Shown here one piece after another: positions 61,011-64,000 of a stretch of DNA of 64,000 bases. Numbering within the stretch: position 1 is the stretch's first letter; the number at the start of each line of letters is the position of its first letter. Origin of the DNA: Candidatus Omnitrophota bacterium. GTDB taxonomy: Bacteria; Omnitrophota; Gorgyraeia; 2-01-FULL-45-10. The notes beneath the pieces are model-generated. The model was given only the letters and a program-made list of their open reading frames with translations, ran no database searches and was not told the origin of the DNA. The position numbers were made by a program, and so were the translations under genes. The stretch is taken from NCBI GenBank assembly GCA_026387175.1, contig JAPLME010000012.1:5849-69848 (forward strand), in the 5' to 3' direction.

Positions 61011-62186
61011 ATGAAAATGTTTTTCCGCGGATTTTTCACCATTATATTCGGCGGTATATTTTTATCAGGATGTTCGACCCTCCCCATCAAAAGATCCCAA
61101 AACTATTCTCTGGAAGATATCTATAAACGTATAGCTTACAAAGTGGACGGCCGCTACAGAGTGATCAATATATTTTACGCGACCAGCCGGCAGATCGACT
61201 ATGGCCCCGATCTGTCTCCGGATTTTAAGCCGGAACTCGCTAAAGAGACGACATATGGCACTCTCGATATGCGGATAGACCCCAGATTAAGGATAGGGGA
61301 GATGCTGCCGGATAAGATAAAGAAGAACGGCTTAATAGAGATGAAGAATATTAAAAGGCTGGACGCGGATGCTTTCATAAAAGAACTTTCGGAAGCCGTG
61401 AAGGCATCTCCGCATAACTCGGTCCTTGTGCTTATCTTTGGGTATAAAGACGGCTTTGAGGCCACCGCTATGAAGGCCGCCTATTTCAGTTATCTGCTCG
61501 ATGTCGATACGCCGGTCCTCCTATTCGATTGGCCCGGCGATCAATCGGTCGATATGTTTGGATATGAAAAAGCGCAATCCCTGGCTTCGGCCTCCGGGCC
61601 ATATCTGGCCGATGTCATCGCGAAGGTCGTTCGCGAGATCAAACCGAAAAAGCTTTGGATCGAGGCGTCGAGCCTCGGCGCCCAGGTGATCTGCGACGCT
61701 TTCGATACTCTTTATAAATACCCGGATTTTACCGGCCCGGATCTGGAAATAGACCATGTCCTGCTGGCGGCGCCGGATGTTAGCGGGGGAGAGTTCACTA
61801 ATAAATTCAAAAAGGAATTCGAAGTTATTGCGAAGAAGATAACGGCTTACGTCTCTTCCGAAGACGACGCCCTGCTTATGAGCGGATTTATAAACCAGGA
61901 TAACAGGCTTGGCCGCATAAAACTGAGGGTAACCGAACCCAAGCAATTGGAAGAGGCAAAAGAATTGTTGTATTTAAAGTCGTTGGCTCCGGATCGCTTA
62001 ACGGCGATCGATGTCACGCCCATCAATACAGCGAGTTTTAAGCACGGTTATTATCTTGAGTGCTCTGAATTTTATGATGATTTTTATATGCGCATACTTG
62101 ACGCGAAGCCAAACGTGAACAGATGGCTATACCTTTTGAAAACCAAAGACGGCGAAGATTACTGGGTCATGCAGAGTTCAAAATAA
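61011..62186 (+). CDS. DUF900-like alpha/beta hydrolase lipoprotein
   Basis: Lipobox LSGC, IFYATSR, FDWP, ASSLG nucleophile elbow, LAAPD, HGY. Confidence 0.8.
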   Translation: MKMFFRGFFTIIFGGIFLSGCSTLPIKRSQNYSLEDIYKRIAYKVDGRYRVINIFYATSRQIDYGPDLSPDFKPELAKETTYGTLDMRIDPRLRIGEMLPDKIKKNGLIEMKNIKRLDADAFIKELSEAVKASPHNSVLVLIFGYKDGFEATAMKAAYFSYLLDVDTPVLLFDWPGDQSVDMFGYEKAQSLASASGPYLADVIAKVVREIKPKKLWIEASSLGAQVICDAFDTLYKYPDFTGPDLEIDHVLLAAPDVSGGEFTNKFKKEFEVIAKKITAYVSSEDDALLMSGFINQDNRLGRIKLRVTEPKQLEEAKELLYLKSLAPDRLTAIDVTPINTASFKHGYYLECSEFYDDFYMRILDAKPNVNRWLYLLKTKDGEDYWVMQSSK

Positions 62187-62213
62187 GATTGGCCTCTCAA
62201 AGAGGAAATTAGC

Positions 62214-63365
62214 GTGAAACGAATAGCGTATATTATCGGGATCGTCGTTATCGGCCTTTCTGTTACGGTTTTCTCATGTATGGCGCAGGAATTATCTGAT
62301 TATAAATATAGCGAAACAAAGGACCTCGTGAGCCTTGTTAGAGACGCAAGTGCCGTCATCGCAGCCAAAGGCGAAGCCGCGTTTCCCGAATTCAAAAAAG
62401 AGGGAAGCCAATGGCGGCACGGGAAAGTATATATATTCGTCCTGAATACAGACGGCGATCTGGTCGTTCACCCGGATCCGGTGCTCGAGGGTAAAAACCA
62501 GATAGGCATAAAGTCCGTCAATGGTAAGCCCATAATAAAAGGCATCATTGAAGCGACGGCCTCCGATTCGAACAAGAATGAAGGATGGTACTTTTACCAA
62601 TGGCCCGAACCGGGCACCATATTCTCCGCCTGGAAGAGCACCTTCGCAAAACGCGTAGTTGCTTCTTCGGGCAAGGCCTATGTGGTCTGCTCAGGGGTGT
62701 ATAATCCCAAGGTAGAGGATATCTTTCTTATCAATGCCGTGGATGCGGCCGTTGCTTTGATTGAAAAAAAAGGGACGGCGGCTTTCGACACCCTTCGTGA
62801 TAAAACCAGCCAGTTTGTCTTTCTCGGAACATATATATTTGTCGATACCCCCAAAGGAGTGGAGGTCGTGAACGGCGGTTTTCCGGACATAGAGGGCAAG
62901 AACATCCTTAACTATAAGGATTATGACGGAACATACCTTACTCGCGAGATCATCGATATCGCGACTAAGAAGGGATCGGGCTGGGTGGATTATCTTTGGC
63001 CGAAACCGGGAGAGATCAAGCCTTCGAGGAAACATACATATGTCAGAAAGGCCGTTTACGGAGACAGCGTATTTGCCGTCGGCGCCGGCTCGTATCCCGA
63101 GGACGAGTCCGCCGCCCCTAAAGCGGATGCCGTAGATATTTCCGGACAATTCGCGATACTGGAACTTAAAGATGGCGATTTGGCGGCGGGGAATATTACC
63201 AGGGAGACGGTGGATAGCGTTTTCCTGACAAACGACGGTGGAAGCACGGAAGTTTCATTCCCGCGCGACAGGGTCGCCAAGATTCGAAAGCCTACGGATG
63301 AGGAACTCAAAAAGATTAAAGAAGGCCTTGTGGAAGGAAGTCGGCACCCGGTGCAAAAATTGTGA
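62214..63365 (+). CDS. Secreted tandem Cache-domain protein
   Basis: Two YIFV...GKN...D..G...GWxxYxWPxPG repeats; no HAMP/kinase/MCP domain. Confidence 0.82.
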   Translation: MKRIAYIIGIVVIGLSVTVFSCMAQELSDYKYSETKDLVSLVRDASAVIAAKGEAAFPEFKKEGSQWRHGKVYIFVLNTDGDLVVHPDPVLEGKNQIGIKSVNGKPIIKGIIEATASDSNKNEGWYFYQWPEPGTIFSAWKSTFAKRVVASSGKAYVVCSGVYNPKVEDIFLINAVDAAVALIEKKGTAAFDTLRDKTSQFVFLGTYIFVDTPKGVEVVNGGFPDIEGKNILNYKDYDGTYLTREIIDIATKKGSGWVDYLWPKPGEIKPSRKHTYVRKAVYGDSVFAVGAGSYPEDESAAPKADAVDISGQFAILELKDGDLAAGNITRETVDSVFLTNDGGSTEVSFPRDRVAKIRKPTDEELKKIKEGLVEGSRHPVQKL

Positions 63366-63453
63366 TTTATAGCCGCAGAGCCTTTTACGATAGCCAAGAT
63401 ATTCAAACAATGCTCCCCTGTATCAGATAAAACCGAAAAATGAGGAGGATGAA

Positions 63454-64000
63454 ATGGCGAAGTTCATGAAAATATCGGCAGTGATATGTTTGGTCATGTT
63501 GTCAGTGTATGGCGTCTCTTACGCCCAGGACGATGATCAGGGTGGCCAGGGAGATGCCGGAGGAAGCGTATCCGATGAAAGCAGCGCGGCAGATGTACCG
63601 GACGCAGGAAATGTGCAGACAGAAGTTAGTGATACTGGAGATACAGGAAATACACAGACAGAGGTCAGCGATACCGGAGATACAGGAAATACACAGGTAG
63701 AAGTTAGTGATACCGGAGATACGGGAAATACGCAAGTAGAGGTTAGTGATACGGGGAATACAGAGGATGTACAAGCAATAGAGAATGATGCGGTCCCCGC
63801 ACCGGATGAAGCGCGCGGAGTAATAGGAACTAGCGAGAGCTATGAAGAATATCAGAGCGACACGAATCCGAGTGAAGGCGTAATAAGCACCAGCACCACT
63901 TATCCGGTCCGCAAAAACGCGAGAGTGGTAAGGCCGGCCGTTGTAGGTGTACCCGTAGCAACCGGAGCGAGGGCTATTGTAAGAGGCTCTTTCGCCGGCC
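63454..64000 (+). CDS. Secreted acidic low-complexity protein (runs off window)
   Basis: SD GAGGAGG; MAKFMKISAVICLVMLSVYGVSYA-QDDD...; frame open to the window end; not in ORF track. Confidence 0.75.
   Translation, partial: MAKFMKISAVICLVMLSVYGVSYAQDDDQGGQGDAGGSVSDESSAADVPDAGNVQTEVSDTGDTGNTQTEVSDTGDTGNTQVEVSDTGDTGNTQVEVSDTGNTEDVQAIENDAVPAPDEARGVIGTSESYEEYQSDTNPSEGVISTSTTYPVRKNARVVRPAVVGVPVATGARAIVRGSFAG
63616..63762 (+). repeat. 39-bp coding tandem repeat (about 3.7 copies)
   Basis: Q(T/V)EVSDTGDTGNT units starting at 63616, 63655, 63694 and 63733. Confidence 0.85.

Overview
Replication-origin region of a diderm bacterium; gene content suggests PVC superphylum, probably Ca. Omnitrophota (inference). 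Left arm (minus strand): arsenic-type operon (arsM, DUF318 permease, DUF134), rarA, 6S RNA (+ strand), thrS-infC-rpmI-rplT-pheST, three tRNAs, coaBC/rpoZ/gmk/yicC/ndk, parAB with parS, yidC-yidD-rnpA-rpmH. oriC flanks dnaA. Right arm (mostly plus strand): dnaA-dnaN-dciA-gyrBA, nagA-glmS, a PyrR-attenuated pyr operon, tRNAs, a DEAD helicase (minus strand) and lpxD. From ~41.6 kb an accessory region anchored at tRNA-Asp carries defence-like nucleases, a phosphatase autotransporter, two omptin-like barrels, MacB, sensory and secreted proteins and gene fragments. The most striking unexplained structure is a tRNA-anchored element: an inverted copy of the tRNA 3' end, a 90-nt core with covarying stems, then a direct copy of the same tRNA 3' end. 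It is full-length at tRNA-Val(TAC), where a GIY-YIG gene follows, and at tRNA-Asp, and an 'empty' form sits at tRNA-Val(GAC). A second, REP/MITE-like repeat family punctuates the accessory genes. All calls are by eye; no database searches were run.
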